DNA from: Zymomonas mobilis subsp. mobilis ATCC 10988
GTDB lineage: Bacteria > Pseudomonadota > Alphaproteobacteria > Sphingomonadales > Sphingomonadaceae
Length of the DNA: 32,000 nt
NCBI RefSeq assembly: GCF_000175255.2
Contig: NC_017262.1
Span: forward strand, 750,001 to 782,000
Direction: 5' to 3'
A model generated the notes under the pieces. The model had not been told where the DNA came from, did not search any database, and saw nothing but the letters and a program-made list of their open reading frames with translations. Of the stretch, positions 7,806 to 18,142 are shown piece after piece (positions within the stretch are counted from its first letter, which is position 1; each line of letters opens with the position of its first letter). The position numbers and the translations under genes were made by a program.

Positions 7806-10544
7806 ATGACTCTTACTAAAATGTTGATTGACGCCCGCCACAGGGAAGAAACCCGGGTTGCCGTCATCAAAGGTAACCGTATCGAAGAATTTGATTTTGA
7901 ATCGGCTGACCGTCGCCAATTAAAAGGCAATATTTATCTGGCCAAGGTTACCCGTGTCGAACCTTCCTTACAGGCGGCTTTTGTCGATTATGGCGGCAAT
8001 CGTCAGGGATTTTTAGCTTTTTCAGAAATTCACCCCGATTATTATCAAATTCCCCGCGAAGACCGCGAAGCGCTTCTTCGTGAGGAAGAAGAATATTCTG
8101 CACGCCATAACAAGCAGCAGGAAAGTGAAGATGATGAAGAGGGCGAAGATCTCTCTGATTCCGAAGCCATCCGCAACGATGCCAATGATGACAGCCTCGA
8201 AAATTTAAGAAATCGGCGGCGACATTTTGGGCGGCATCATTACCGGATACAGGATGTTATCCGGCGGCGGCAGGTTTTGCTGGTTCAGGTTGTCAAAGAA
8301 GAACGCGGTAACAAAGGCGCCGCTCTCACGACCTATCTTTCTTTGGCTGGTCGCTATTGCGTCTTGATGCCGAATACCAGCAATGGTGGCGGTATTTCCC
8401 GCAAAATTTCCAATCTAGCCGATCGGAAAAGATTAAAGTCCATCATGGCAGAATTAAATCTGCCTAGCTCAATGGGCTGCATTGTCAGAACGGCTGGCCT
8501 GCAACGAACAAAAACCGAAATCAAACGCGATTTCGATTATCTTGCCCGCTTATGGGATGAAATTCGCGAAAAAACGCTTTTGTCACAGGCTCCGGCGCTT
8601 ATCTATGGCGATAGCGATCTTGTGAAACGGGCTATCCGTGACATCTATAGCCGCGAAATTGATGAAATTCTGGTCGAAGGCGATGACGGTTATCGGGCGG
8701 CACGGAATTTCATGAAGCTGTTGATGCCTAGCCACGTCCGCAAAGTGCGGCCTTATGCTGATCCGGCACCTCTGTTTCAGCGTTTCGGAGTAGAAGCGCA
8801 GCTTAACGCCATGTATCAGCCGATTGTTCAGCTTAAATCGGGCGGTTATCTGGTTATCAATCCAACCGAAGCCTTGGTCTCGATTGATATCAACTCTGGC
8901 CGTTCGACGCGCGAACATAATATTGAGCAGACGGCCACCGCAACCAATCTCGAAGCGGCAGCCGAAATCGCAAGACAGCTTCGCCTGCGCGATATGGCCG
9001 GATTGATTGTCATTGACTTCATTGACATGGAATCAAGCGCCAATATCCGTCGGGTTGAAAAGGCCATGAAAGATGCCTTGAAACATGACCGCGCCCGTAT
9101 TCAGGTCGGCCATATTTCCAGCTTCGGCCTAATGGAAATGAGCCGCCAACGTTTAAGAACCGGTATGCTCGAAGCCTCGACTGTCCCCTGCCCGCATTGT
9201 CAGGGATCGGGATTGATGCTGACCACGCCTTCTGCAGGTTTGATGGCCTTGCGGATGATCGAAGATGAAGCCTCACGCGGCAATGGCAGTCAGATTCACG
9301 TTTTGACTTCACTTGATTCCGCTATTTATGTCCTCAACAAAAAGCGGAAAGAACTGGGCAGCATCGAAACCCTTTATGGGGTGACGATCCTGATCGATGG
9401 CGATCCTCTGCGTGGCAATAATCAGATATCCGTAGAATCGGCAGGGCCTCCCCCCAGCCATGGCCTGATGTTACCACCGCCTTTGCCGACTTCCTCACCA
9501 GACGAAATCGACGATTATGAGGAAGAGCCAGAGATCGAAGAAATCGAAGCTGAAGAGGTTATCGAAGCCCCCTTCCGTCGGAATCATCGCCAAAATATGG
9601 CTCGTCGCAATTCGTCCTATAATGCCGAAGTAGCGATTCAGGATAACCAACGTATGGAGCCCAAAGAGGCTACACAGGCGTTCCTGAATACAGAAGAAGA
9701 TGCCAGCCACGAAGAAGACAGCGAACATAGCCGTCGTAATCGTCGCAGTCGGCGGGGCAGACGAGGCGGTCGTCGTCGCAATGGTGAAAATTTTGCCGAA
9801 AAACCTTTGATGCTTTCTTCGGAGGCCTCAGAAGCCACATCGCCTGATGAGGATACCCCCATCAAGGAAAGCTATGAAAGCGAAGCTCTGCCGGTAGAAA
9901 AAGACGTTGCAGAAAAAAGCACGCCGACAGAAGAAACCAGCGAAGCTGAAAACAAAACAGCTCGCAGCAGTCGGACAAGACGCCGCCCTCGCGCTCGCTC
10001 ACCTAAAGTAGAAAGCGAAAGCTATCAGGCACCGGCAAATGTTCTTCACGAAGAAACGCCTCCGACGGAAACAGCCGTCGTAGAAGTGAAGAACGAAGAA
10101 CCGATTGCAGAAAAACCGGCCACCGAGGCAGAAACAGCGGTCGTCGCTTCCAGTGAACCCGAAACGGTAGAAGAAACAAAACCAAAGCGGGTCAGAAAAC
10201 GGACAACGACTACCCGTCGTAAAAAAGCGGAACCGAAAACCGCGGACAAAGCCGAGGAGTCAGAAGACAGCGAAGCCGAAGCCAAGCCAAAACGTCCGGC
10301 GACAAGACGGACGAGAACGACCAAGGCCGCTACAGCAAAAGTAGCCGCTAAAAAGGCTGAAACCGAAAGCGAAACGCCAGTCGTCGTCAAGGCTGAAGCC
10401 AAGACGGTTGAAAAGGCGGATGACACGGCCATCAAATCAGAAACCCCCAAGGATTCTGATGCTGCCCCTGTATCCGACAGCAAGGAAGAAGCTGAAAAGC
10501 CAGCTCCCCGTCGTGGTTGGTGGCAGCGGACATTTGGTGAATAA
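7806..10544 (+). CDS. rne: Ribonuclease E/G with long low-complexity C-terminal region
   Basis: Catalytic core 'VLVSIDINSGRSTREHNIEQTATATNLEAAAEIARQLRLRDMAGLIVIDFIDM', Zn-link 'CPHCQGSG', acidic/basic scaffold tail ending in 'RRGWWQRTFGE'. Confidence 0.96.
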   Translation: MTLTKMLIDARHREETRVAVIKGNRIEEFDFESADRRQLKGNIYLAKVTRVEPSLQAAFVDYGGNRQGFLAFSEIHPDYYQIPREDREALLREEEEYSARHNKQQESEDDEEGEDLSDSEAIRNDANDDSLENLRNRRRHFGRHHYRIQDVIRRRQVLLVQVVKEERGNKGAALTTYLSLAGRYCVLMPNTSNGGGISRKISNLADRKRLKSIMAELNLPSSMGCIVRTAGLQRTKTEIKRDFDYLARLWDEIREKTLLSQAPALIYGDSDLVKRAIRDIYSREIDEILVEGDDGYRAARNFMKLLMPSHVRKVRPYADPAPLFQRFGVEAQLNAMYQPIVQLKSGGYLVINPTEALVSIDINSGRSTREHNIEQTATATNLEAAAEIARQLRLRDMAGLIVIDFIDMESSANIRRVEKAMKDALKHDRARIQVGHISSFGLMEMSRQRLRTGMLEASTVPCPHCQGSGLMLTTPSAGLMALRMIEDEASRGNGSQIHVLTSLDSAIYVLNKKRKELGSIETLYGVTILIDGDPLRGNNQISVESAGPPPSHGLMLPPPLPTSSPDEIDDYEEEPEIEEIEAEEVIEAPFRRNHRQNMARRNSSYNAEVAIQDNQRMEPKEATQAFLNTEEDASHEEDSEHSRRNRRSRRGRRGGRRRNGENFAEKPLMLSSEASEATSPDEDTPIKESYESEALPVEKDVAEKSTPTEETSEAENKTARSSRTRRRPRARSPKVESESYQAPANVLHEETPPTETAVVEVKNEEPIAEKPATEAETAVVASSEPETVEETKPKRVRKRTTTTRRKKAEPKTADKAEESEDSEAEAKPKRPATRRTRTTKAATAKVAAKKAETESETPVVVKAEAKTVEKADDTAIKSETPKDSDAAPVSDSKEEAEKPAPRRGWWQRTFGE

Positions 10545-10565
10545 AAATATTCACACAGTCTAAAA

Positions 10566-10597
10566 AAAGAGCAGGGTATAAAAACCCTGCTCTTTTT
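10566..10597 (+). terminator. Intrinsic terminator after rne
   Basis: AAAGAGCAGGG-TATAAAAA-CCCTGCTCTTT stem-loop followed by a T-rich stretch. Confidence 0.93.
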
Positions 10598-10879
10598 GTT
10601 TTTTAGAAAAAGAAAAAATAATAAATATAGAAAAACACCAACAAGATAATTCACACTAAACCGAAATATAAAGAACATTTCGATTTAAATACTTTAAAAT
10701 ATGATAAAAAATCGAAAATATGGATATTCAATATTTAATTTTAAAAATTAAAAAGAGTGCTTCACAATTTATAAAAAATATTTATCAAACTTTTATCCAT
10801 TCCGGTCGTTATCTTATAAATAAGCGCTTATATCTGGGTGTAGAGTCCGTTCTTTAGCTATCAGGGTTTTCATTTTTTC

Positions 10880-12238
10880 ATGATACGCCGTTTTTGGCTC
10901 TTCATCTCTTGTTTGATGATCAGCTTTACGTTGATTCAGTCAGCCGCCTTTGCACAGGAAATTCTTCAGGATGCCGAGAGCGATGCTCTTTTAAAGAAGG
11001 CATTGGCACCTTTGGTCGCGGCTACTGGATTACGGGATGTCAAAATCCTGATCGTCAATGATTCTGAAATCAATGCCTTTGTTGCCGGTGGACAGATGGT
11101 CTTTATCAATTCTGGCACGATCATGGCAGCCGATAACATCAACCAGATTCAAGGCGTTGTCGCCCATGAATTAGGGCATGTAACCGCAGGGCATGTTATC
11201 AACTCAAGCGGTATTAAAGAAGCAGGACGCATCAGTGTCGCGGCAATGATTTTACAAGCGGTTTTGGTACCGCTTTCTGCCATCGTTCCAGCAGCGGGTG
11301 CCATCGGAACCATGCTAGGCGGGATCGGCAGTCAGGTCGCGGTGCAGCATTACCTTGCCTTCACCCGTACACAAGAAGCCAGTGCCGATGCCGCTGCCGT
11401 CAAATTTTTAAAAAGAGCGGATATCTCTGGACGAGGTTTGTTGGAATTTTTCGGAAAAATCCGCAAAATGGAATATCGCTCGATGCCCGCCGATTCCGAT
11501 GGAAGCTTTGCCAGCGACCATCCTATGACGGCTGATCGTGAAATGATGCTTCGGGGTGATCTTGAGAATCTCCCTTCTTGGAACCGTCCCATAGATCCCC
11601 AGTTACAGCAGAGCTTCCTTCGGGTCAGAGCCAAATTAACCGGCTATCTTGCTGACCCTAACGAAGTACTGAAAGAATATCCGGACGATGCCCATAATAT
11701 TCCCGATCTTTACGCTCGGGCTTATGCTTTTCATCGCCTGTCCTATTTCAAGCAATCAATGGATGAAGTTGAAAAGCTGCTCAAACTCATTCCTAAAGAC
11801 CCCTATTTTCTGGAATTAAAGGGTCAAATTCTACTCGAATCCGGCCATCCGGATGACGCTTTGGAACCCTATAGAGAGGCAACCGAAATATCACAGTCGC
11901 CGCTTATTGCGGCCTCCTTTGGTCACGCCTTGATGGCAACAGAAGATTCTTCCCATTATGCTGAAGCTAAAAAAGTGCTGACAGTTGCCGTTGATCGGGA
12001 AGAGGATAATCCGCTTGCATGGTTTGTCCTTGGCAGCATCTATGACCGCGAAGGCGATGTTGCCCATATGAATTTGGCCACTGCCGAACGCTACAGCCTT
12101 AGTGGTCAAACCACTCTAGCGATGGATGCGGCGGATATGGCGCTAAAAGGACTTGATCCGAATAGCGCTGAATGGCGACGTGCTAACGATATTGCGACAA
12201 CGGCCCGTCAGGCACTGGCTAGCAAGAAGAAAAAATAA
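10880..12238 (+). CDS. Secreted M48-family zinc metalloprotease with TPR-like C-terminal region (BepA/YfgC-like)
   Basis: Signal peptide, HExxH motif 'VVAHELGHVTAGH', 'QEASADAAAVKFL', helical-repeat C-terminus. Confidence 0.9.
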   Translation: MIRRFWLFISCLMISFTLIQSAAFAQEILQDAESDALLKKALAPLVAATGLRDVKILIVNDSEINAFVAGGQMVFINSGTIMAADNINQIQGVVAHELGHVTAGHVINSSGIKEAGRISVAAMILQAVLVPLSAIVPAAGAIGTMLGGIGSQVAVQHYLAFTRTQEASADAAAVKFLKRADISGRGLLEFFGKIRKMEYRSMPADSDGSFASDHPMTADREMMLRGDLENLPSWNRPIDPQLQQSFLRVRAKLTGYLADPNEVLKEYPDDAHNIPDLYARAYAFHRLSYFKQSMDEVEKLLKLIPKDPYFLELKGQILLESGHPDDALEPYREATEISQSPLIAASFGHALMATEDSSHYAEAKKVLTVAVDREEDNPLAWFVLGSIYDREGDVAHMNLATAERYSLSGQTTLAMDAADMALKGLDPNSAEWRRANDIATTARQALASKKKK

Positions 12239-12268
12239 CCGACTTAACCCTGAAAGGAACCGCCCAAT

Positions 12269-13048
12269 ATGCCCGATATGCCGCAGCCAACCGAGGAAGT
12301 AAGAGTGGAAAATAACAGCTGTCATAAAAAAAGTTGCCTTTGTTCTGCTCTAGCTGGAGCCGTCGGTGGTGGCGTTGTCGTGCTAGGCTATCTGTTATCA
12401 AGCCATTTGATATCAGGAAAATCGGGCGAACCGGTTCGGGACTATCTTATGGAACATCCCGAAGTTATTCCCCAAGCCATGGAAGCGCTACAGCAACGGG
12501 AAACCGACAAGCTAGTTTCACAAAACAGAACGGCTTTGGAAATGCCTTTTGCGGGTGCATGGGATGGGGCAGAAAAAGGCCGCGTGACGATTGTCGAATT
12601 CTCGGACTATGCTTGCGGTTTTTGTCGTAAAGCCAACGGCGATCTCAACCGCCTTTTATCCGAAGATAAAGATATCCGTCTGGTGATACGGCAATTGCCA
12701 ATCTTGGGGCCCGACAGTGAGATTGCTGCTCGCACAGCATTAGCTATTGCGAAAAACAGTTCTAAATTCAGTGAATTTCATCACCAGATTTATAACAGCA
12801 AACATCTTTCACCCGAAGTCATCGTCGATATCGTCAAATCCTTAGGACTCAATCCTCAGGACATCGCTAAACAGGGTAGCGATCCAGCCATCACGCAAGA
12901 GATTACTAAAAATATTCTACTGGCGAGAGAATTGGGTCTAACCGGCACGCCTGCCTTTATTATTGGAGACAAAGTCTTCTCCGGTGTTGCTGGATATGAC
13001 GCCTTAAAGGAAGCTGTCGCCAAAATTCGAGAAAAATCGTCAAAATAA
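12269..13048 (+). CDS. Membrane-anchored DsbA-family thiol oxidoreductase
   Basis: 'VTIVEFSDYACGFCRKAN' (CGFC redox motif) and C-terminal 'GLTGTPAFIIGDKVFSG' (cis-Pro TP motif); N-terminal hydrophobic anchor. Confidence 0.9.
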   Translation: MPDMPQPTEEVRVENNSCHKKSCLCSALAGAVGGGVVVLGYLLSSHLISGKSGEPVRDYLMEHPEVIPQAMEALQQRETDKLVSQNRTALEMPFAGAWDGAEKGRVTIVEFSDYACGFCRKANGDLNRLLSEDKDIRLVIRQLPILGPDSEIAARTALAIAKNSSKFSEFHHQIYNSKHLSPEVIVDIVKSLGLNPQDIAKQGSDPAITQEITKNILLARELGLTGTPAFIIGDKVFSGVAGYDALKEAVAKIREKSSK

Positions 13049-13111
13049 TATTTTCGGATCCAAAGAAATATTTTGTTATTATTCTATTCTTGCTTTGGAT
13101 AGCTGACATGG

Positions 13112-13142
13112 AGATATCACCTTCTCCAAAAAGGTGATATCT
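13112..13142. terminator. Stem-loop AGATATCACCTT-CTCCAAA-AAGGTGATATCT downstream of the DsbA-like gene; possible terminator
   Basis: Perfect 12-bp inverted repeat with 7-nt loop in the 3' region of the preceding gene; no strong T-tract. Confidence 0.45.
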
Positions 13143-13380
13143 ATATTTCAAAAATATCCCACATATAACATATATATACTTTTTTTATTTCTTTAAAAAA
13201 ATAAAATTATTTTTTTAGAAAAAAATTAATAAGAACAATAGTCCGACAAAATATCTTTTTTAAAGCCTTCCAATTTAAATAATAAAATGATACCAATATT
13301 TCAAAATAGGGGGAATTTCTTAAGAAAAACCTTTTTTATATTTGCAAAGATTCTATGTTAACAAATATTGCAAGCATCGC

Positions 13381-14298
13381 ATGAAAGCGCATAAAGTAAA
13401 AAAAGATACATCAAATCTTGCTATTCTAATTCATCAGGCGTCAGAAAATTTCACGCAGGCTGAAAGGCGAATTGCTCAGATATTATTTGCCAGCGATATG
13501 ATGGCCGGTTTAGAAACCGTTGCAAAACTGGGGGCGAAGGCCAAAGTAAGCGGGCCCACCGTGCTGCGCTTCGTTTCAAAATTGGGTTTCAGCAGTTTTC
13601 CTGAATTTCAAGCCAGTTTACGGGGCGAGTTATATCAAAAACTCATCTATAATACGCCCCAAAATCAGGATGATACCGCCAATCATGTCAGCGACCGTCC
13701 AGCCGTTGCGTCTGTGCTTCAAGAAGCTGACAGCTTCTTTGAAAATTGTATGCACAGGACGTTACAGCAGATCAACGCTTGTGAATTAGAGGATGTGACC
13801 GAACTTCTGGCCGATTGCTCGCGCAATGTTTACATTGTCGGTAACCATCTCACACATCCGATTGCCGAATTATTCTGGTATCAGTTACACCGATTACGCC
13901 CTCGCACGCATTTGGTGCAGAACAATGCTTTTACGCCTTATGAACAACTCATAGATAGCGGAAGACGTGATATCTTGTTGCTCTTTGATATCTGCCATTA
14001 TCAAGAAGACATTGCTCTCTTGGCGGAACAGGCACATCAAAGACGCACCACCATTATTCTGATAACGGATCCGAAATTATCACCGGTTTCCCGTTTGGCA
14101 CATCATGTATTGACCTGCGATTTTACGCTTTTCACATCACATGAATCTTTGGTGCCTTGTCTGGTCATGGTAGAATTGCTGGCGGCATCGCTTGAAAAAA
14201 AGCTTGGAGCGGATGCGCTTATCCGGCAGCAAAATATAGAAAAAGCGGAACAGGATCTAAAAGAAAAACATCTTTTTCCCCGCCCGCCACAAAATTAG
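13381..14298 (+). CDS. RpiR-family transcriptional regulator (HTH plus SIS-like domain)
   Basis: N-terminal HTH 'LAILIHQASENFTQAERRIAQILFA...VAKLGAKAKVSGPTVLRFVSKLGFSSFPEFQASLR' and SIS-like 'NVYIVGNHLTHPIAELFWYQLHRL...RDILLLFDICHYQEDIALLAEQA'. The track ORF begins at 13342; start uncertain. Confidence 0.88.
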   Translation: MKAHKVKKDTSNLAILIHQASENFTQAERRIAQILFASDMMAGLETVAKLGAKAKVSGPTVLRFVSKLGFSSFPEFQASLRGELYQKLIYNTPQNQDDTANHVSDRPAVASVLQEADSFFENCMHRTLQQINACELEDVTELLADCSRNVYIVGNHLTHPIAELFWYQLHRLRPRTHLVQNNAFTPYEQLIDSGRRDILLLFDICHYQEDIALLAEQAHQRRTTIILITDPKLSPVSRLAHHVLTCDFTLFTSHESLVPCLVMVELLAASLEKKLGADALIRQQNIEKAEQDLKEKHLFPRPPQN

Positions 14299-14388
14299 AT
14301 TCACAGGCTCTTTTTTTTGATAAAGTTTTAAAAAACCTGCTTTATTTCATCCTAATTTATCTATTACCTATTCTTAATAGGAGATAAT

Positions 14389-15750
14389 ATGGTTAGCAGT
14401 GTTTTCGAATTGTTCAAAATAGGCATTGGGCCTTCGTCCTCCCACACGATGGGGCCCATGATCGCCGCCGCCGATTTCATTCAAGCGCTGGACAAAAAAC
14501 AGGTAAGCCGGATTGTGGTTACCCTTTTCGGCTCTTTGGCACTGACCGGACGCGGCCATGCCACCGATCGTGCGATTTTATTAGGTCTATCCGGTGAAAG
14601 ACCGGATCAAGTCAATGTCGACGACATCGAACCGATTATCAGCCGTATTCAACAGGAAAAAGCTCTCCATTTTGCAAATGGAGACATCATTCCCTTTGAC
14701 CCTGACAAAGACATCCTTTGGGAAAAGAAAAAACGGTTATCCTTTCATTCCAATGCGATGCATTTTGTCGCCTACAACCATAAAAACCATATTCTCCTTG
14801 AGAACACAGCCTATTCTATCGGAGGTGGGACAATTGTTGAACGCGCCCCAGAAGAGGGCGCAAAATTGCCGCCACAACTACAAGATGAAGATATCCCCTA
14901 TCCGTATCATTCCGCGCGGGACTTACTGGAAATCGCTATCGAAACGGGGCTTTCCATTGCCGACATCCAACGCCAGAATGAATTGGCAAGCCTCAGTGAA
15001 GAAGAATTAACGCAAGGCATTGAACGCATTGCCCAAACTATGGAAGAATGCATCGAACGCGGGATGAGTGAAACCGGCGTTCTGCCGGGCGGTTTGCGGG
15101 TCAGACGACGCGCCCCTGCCCTTTATGCCCGATTAAAAGCGATCCATAGCGATCGCGCCATTGACCCTCTAGCGGCTTTGGATTGGATCAATCTTTGGGC
15201 TTTGGCTGTTAATGAAGAAAATGCTTCGGGTGGTCGAATTGTTACTGCGCCAACCAACGGAGCAGCTGGCATCATTCCTGCTGTTTTGCGTTATTATCGC
15301 CGTTTCATCCAAGGTGACATCACAAAAGGGATTGAAAATTTTCTGCTAACCGCAACCGCTATTGGCGCGCTATTCAAGGAAAACGCTTCCATTTCGGGGG
15401 CAGAGGTCGGCTGTCAGGGTGAAGTCGGGGTCGCTTGCTCAATGGCTGCCGCTGGTTTTGCTGCGGCCTTGGATGCGTCTCCTCGCCAGATAGAAAATGC
15501 CGCTGAAATCGGCATGGAACATAATCTTGGCTTAACCTGCGATCCTATTGGAGGATTAGTGCAGGTGCCTTGCATTGAAAGAAATGCGGTTGGCTCAATC
15601 AAGGCAATCGAAGCAGCACGCTTGGCGATGATTGGGGACGGTAATCATCGCGTCAGTCTCGATCAGGTTATTGAGACGATGCTCCGAACTGGCCTTGATA
15701 TGAATGCTAATTACAAGGAAACCTCACAAGGAGGATTAGCCCTCTGTTAA
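14389..15750 (+). CDS. sdaA: L-serine ammonia-lyase (Fe-S dependent L-serine dehydratase), single chain
   Basis: '[24 protein letters not shown]', '[23 protein letters not shown]', '[15 protein letters not shown]', '[20 protein letters not shown]'. Confidence 0.95.
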   Translation: MVSSVFELFKIGIGPSSSHTMGPMIAAADFIQALDKKQVSRIVVTLFGSLALTGRGHATDRAILLGLSGERPDQVNVDDIEPIISRIQQEKALHFANGDIIPFDPDKDILWEKKKRLSFHSNAMHFVAYNHKNHILLENTAYSIGGGTIVERAPEEGAKLPPQLQDEDIPYPYHSARDLLEIAIETGLSIADIQRQNELASLSEEELTQGIERIAQTMEECIERGMSETGVLPGGLRVRRRAPALYARLKAIHSDRAIDPLAALDWINLWALAVNEENASGGRIVTAPTNGAAGIIPAVLRYYRRFIQGDITKGIENFLLTATAIGALFKENASISGAEVGCQGEVGVACSMAAAGFAAALDASPRQIENAAEIGMEHNLGLTCDPIGGLVQVPCIERNAVGSIKAIEAARLAMIGDGNHRVSLDQVIETMLRTGLDMNANYKETSQGGLALC

Positions 15751-15775
15751 AGGGCTATTCCTCCTTTGGAAAAGG

Positions 15776-18142
15776 TTAGAAAGAGTTATGAACCGAGAAC
15801 ATGAAACTTCTCGGTGTGCCATAATAGTTATAATAATTCACATTACCCAAACGGGAATAATAGCGGGTATCGCTCAAATTGTTGACCGTCACCGAAATTT
15901 CGAATTTCGGGCTAAGCTGGTAACCGATTTGAGCGGATCCGATGATATAACCCGGTTGAGTAACCGTACGGGTTGTGCCAAAAGTAGAGCTTTGGGCATT
16001 AAGACCGCCGCCGAAACTTAAAATATTTTTGTCGGAAGATTTTCCCAAAGCAAAGCGGTAATGCGTCCATAATTTGAACAAATGAGCAGGCGTATTCGAC
16101 GTATAACGCGAACCGACCGGTAAAGTGCTACCAATAGCCTTCATGAGACGGTTATCATTATAGGTATAGCCGAAATTGATATCGAGGCCTTTCATCGGTT
16201 GCCCGATAATTTCGGTATCGAAACCTTGGCTCCGCACTAAACCAGCCGCTTCATAACAGGTCGAACTTTGCGATGGACCACAATCCATCCGACCATCTTC
16301 AGTCGCACGCGCCAAATTATGCTGCATAATACGATAAGCCGCAAAACTGGCATGCAGCTTTCCACGGAACCATGATCCCTTGATTCCGGCCTCCATTTGC
16401 TGCCCCTGCAATGGTTTAATCCGCGTTCCCGCTTCAGTATATCCACCCTGAGGTGAAAAAATATCCGTATAGCTGAAATAAGAAGTCAGATTAGGCGTCA
16501 TATGCCAGACGACACCGGCATAAGGCGTCAAATGATTTCCGACATGCTGCTGGATTTTGGTAGGCGTACCTGCGATCAAATTTTTCAGCTTATAGGTATA
16601 GCTGCTCAATCTTCCGCCCAACAAAATTTGAACAGGCTTAATTACTTCAATCTGGGCAGAGGCATATAAACCTTTTTGGACGAAAGGTTCTCTATAATAA
16701 GAGGTCAAATCTCCTGAAAGCAGATTTTGTGGAAGAACTGGATTAAAGATATCCTGATTAGTTAACTGAGGATTTTTGCTATAGGTCGCAGAACCACTAC
16801 CATCTCTTTCAAGATTGTAGCTATAGTTAGCCCCAACCAAGAAGATATGCTTCCGATTAAAGAGATGAACGGGGCCCGTCACATATAAATCAACGTCATC
16901 ATATCTTTCTTTATCGATAGCCTTCGTGAGATTAAAAGACCCCTTCATTGTTTGGGGATCAAGCTTGCTCAGCAAGCTATATTCTTGGGAAGAATTGGTA
17001 TAGCGATGCCGCCCCGCCAAACGAACCTGCCAACCTTTTCCAAGATGGCGCTCAAAATCAGCAGACAGCTCATACATTGGGGACTGACTTTTATTCCAAC
17101 TGGCACCGACATAGCTTGAAACCGGCAGGTTTAGATCCGAACCATTGCTAGCACGCGGCAATCCCATAAAACGGGTAGTCTTATTTTTTTGTCCAGCAGC
17201 CGTCAGGGTTAAAGTCGTTTTGTCATCAAAATGGAAATCAATGGCACCATATCCAGTCCAACGCTGGTCATGGCCGGGTTTATAGTAATAATCCTGACTG
17301 GTGCCAGCCATGACAATACGGCCATTGATTGTCCCTGCTTTATTAAGCGGGCCTGTCACATCAAAATAGCCATGCAGATTATTCCATGCCCCTACCGATC
17401 CACCGGTTTCGACATGAAATTTGTTCAAAGGCCGCTTGTGAACCATATTGATGACACCACCCGGGGAACCACCCCCTTGGAAAATACCATCAGGCCCGCG
17501 CAAAATTTCCATACGATCATAAATGCTCAGATCAAATTGCTGGGCAAAAGACGTCCCACCGAAAGATGGGATACTGTCAAATTGAGTATTCATGGAATAG
17601 CCACGAGACATAAATCCCGAAGTGCCATCACCATAATTATTAACCGTGACCCCAGGCACCTGATTCAAAGCCTCGTTAACAGTATTCAAATTCTGATCCA
17701 GCATCTGTTGCTTAGTCATAACAGACACTGACTGCGGAATATCTTCCAATCGTTGAATCCGCTTACCGATAGTAACCCCTTTTACGGCATAACTATTACT
17801 GCCGTCGGTAGTAGCTTTGGGACGATCGGCTTCAACGATTAAATCACGAATAGATAACTCATCCTCTGATCCCCTATCTTGGTGACCATGGTGATGACCG
17901 TGAGGGTGCTCGTCATGATAAGAATCTGCATGATGGTCGCGATCTTCGTGATGATGGCGATGATGCCGTCCCGACATAGAATCATCCGACCGCTCGGATT
18001 CCATATTTTCTTGAGGAAAGGATGCTGTTTCAGAAAAAGCTGCGGTCGATATGGCGCCTAGACAAAAACAAGGGAACAGCCAACCAATATTGCGTCTCAA
18101 AAAAGCATAGGAACGGCGACGAGGTGGTTCCAAAAAATTCAT
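15776..18142 (-). CDS. TonB-dependent outer-membrane receptor, siderophore-receptor type, with His-rich N-terminal segment
   Basis: 788 aa; plug domain 'IPQSVSVMTKQQMLDQNLNTVNEALNQVPGVTV...DGIFQGGGSPGGVINMVHKRP', beta-barrel, C-terminal 'GTPRSFMFSVHNSF' with terminal Phe. Confidence 0.93.
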   Translation of the reverse strand: MNFLEPPRRRSYAFLRRNIGWLFPCFCLGAISTAAFSETASFPQENMESERSDDSMSGRHHRHHHEDRDHHADSYHDEHPHGHHHGHQDRGSEDELSIRDLIVEADRPKATTDGSNSYAVKGVTIGKRIQRLEDIPQSVSVMTKQQMLDQNLNTVNEALNQVPGVTVNNYGDGTSGFMSRGYSMNTQFDSIPSFGGTSFAQQFDLSIYDRMEILRGPDGIFQGGGSPGGVINMVHKRPLNKFHVETGGSVGAWNNLHGYFDVTGPLNKAGTINGRIVMAGTSQDYYYKPGHDQRWTGYGAIDFHFDDKTTLTLTAAGQKNKTTRFMGLPRASNGSDLNLPVSSYVGASWNKSQSPMYELSADFERHLGKGWQVRLAGRHRYTNSSQEYSLLSKLDPQTMKGSFNLTKAIDKERYDDVDLYVTGPVHLFNRKHIFLVGANYSYNLERDGSGSATYSKNPQLTNQDIFNPVLPQNLLSGDLTSYYREPFVQKGLYASAQIEVIKPVQILLGGRLSSYTYKLKNLIAGTPTKIQQHVGNHLTPYAGVVWHMTPNLTSYFSYTDIFSPQGGYTEAGTRIKPLQGQQMEAGIKGSWFRGKLHASFAAYRIMQHNLARATEDGRMDCGPSQSSTCYEAAGLVRSQGFDTEIIGQPMKGLDINFGYTYNDNRLMKAIGSTLPVGSRYTSNTPAHLFKLWTHYRFALGKSSDKNILSFGGGLNAQSSTFGTTRTVTQPGYIIGSAQIGYQLSPKFEISVTVNNLSDTRYYSRLGNVNYYNYYGTPRSFMFSVHNSF

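Noticed and set aside
10046-10678. 210-aa minus-strand ORF with Ser/Val/Ala-rich sequence
   Set aside because: Antisense to the low-complexity Glu/Lys/Ala region of rne; composition is explained by the complement of that coding sequence.
12854-13199. Possible second heptamer or CRISPR-like array near the DsbA-like gene
   Set aside because: Only A/T homopolymer-type stretches and one dyad; no regularly spaced repeats and no cas genes anywhere in the window.
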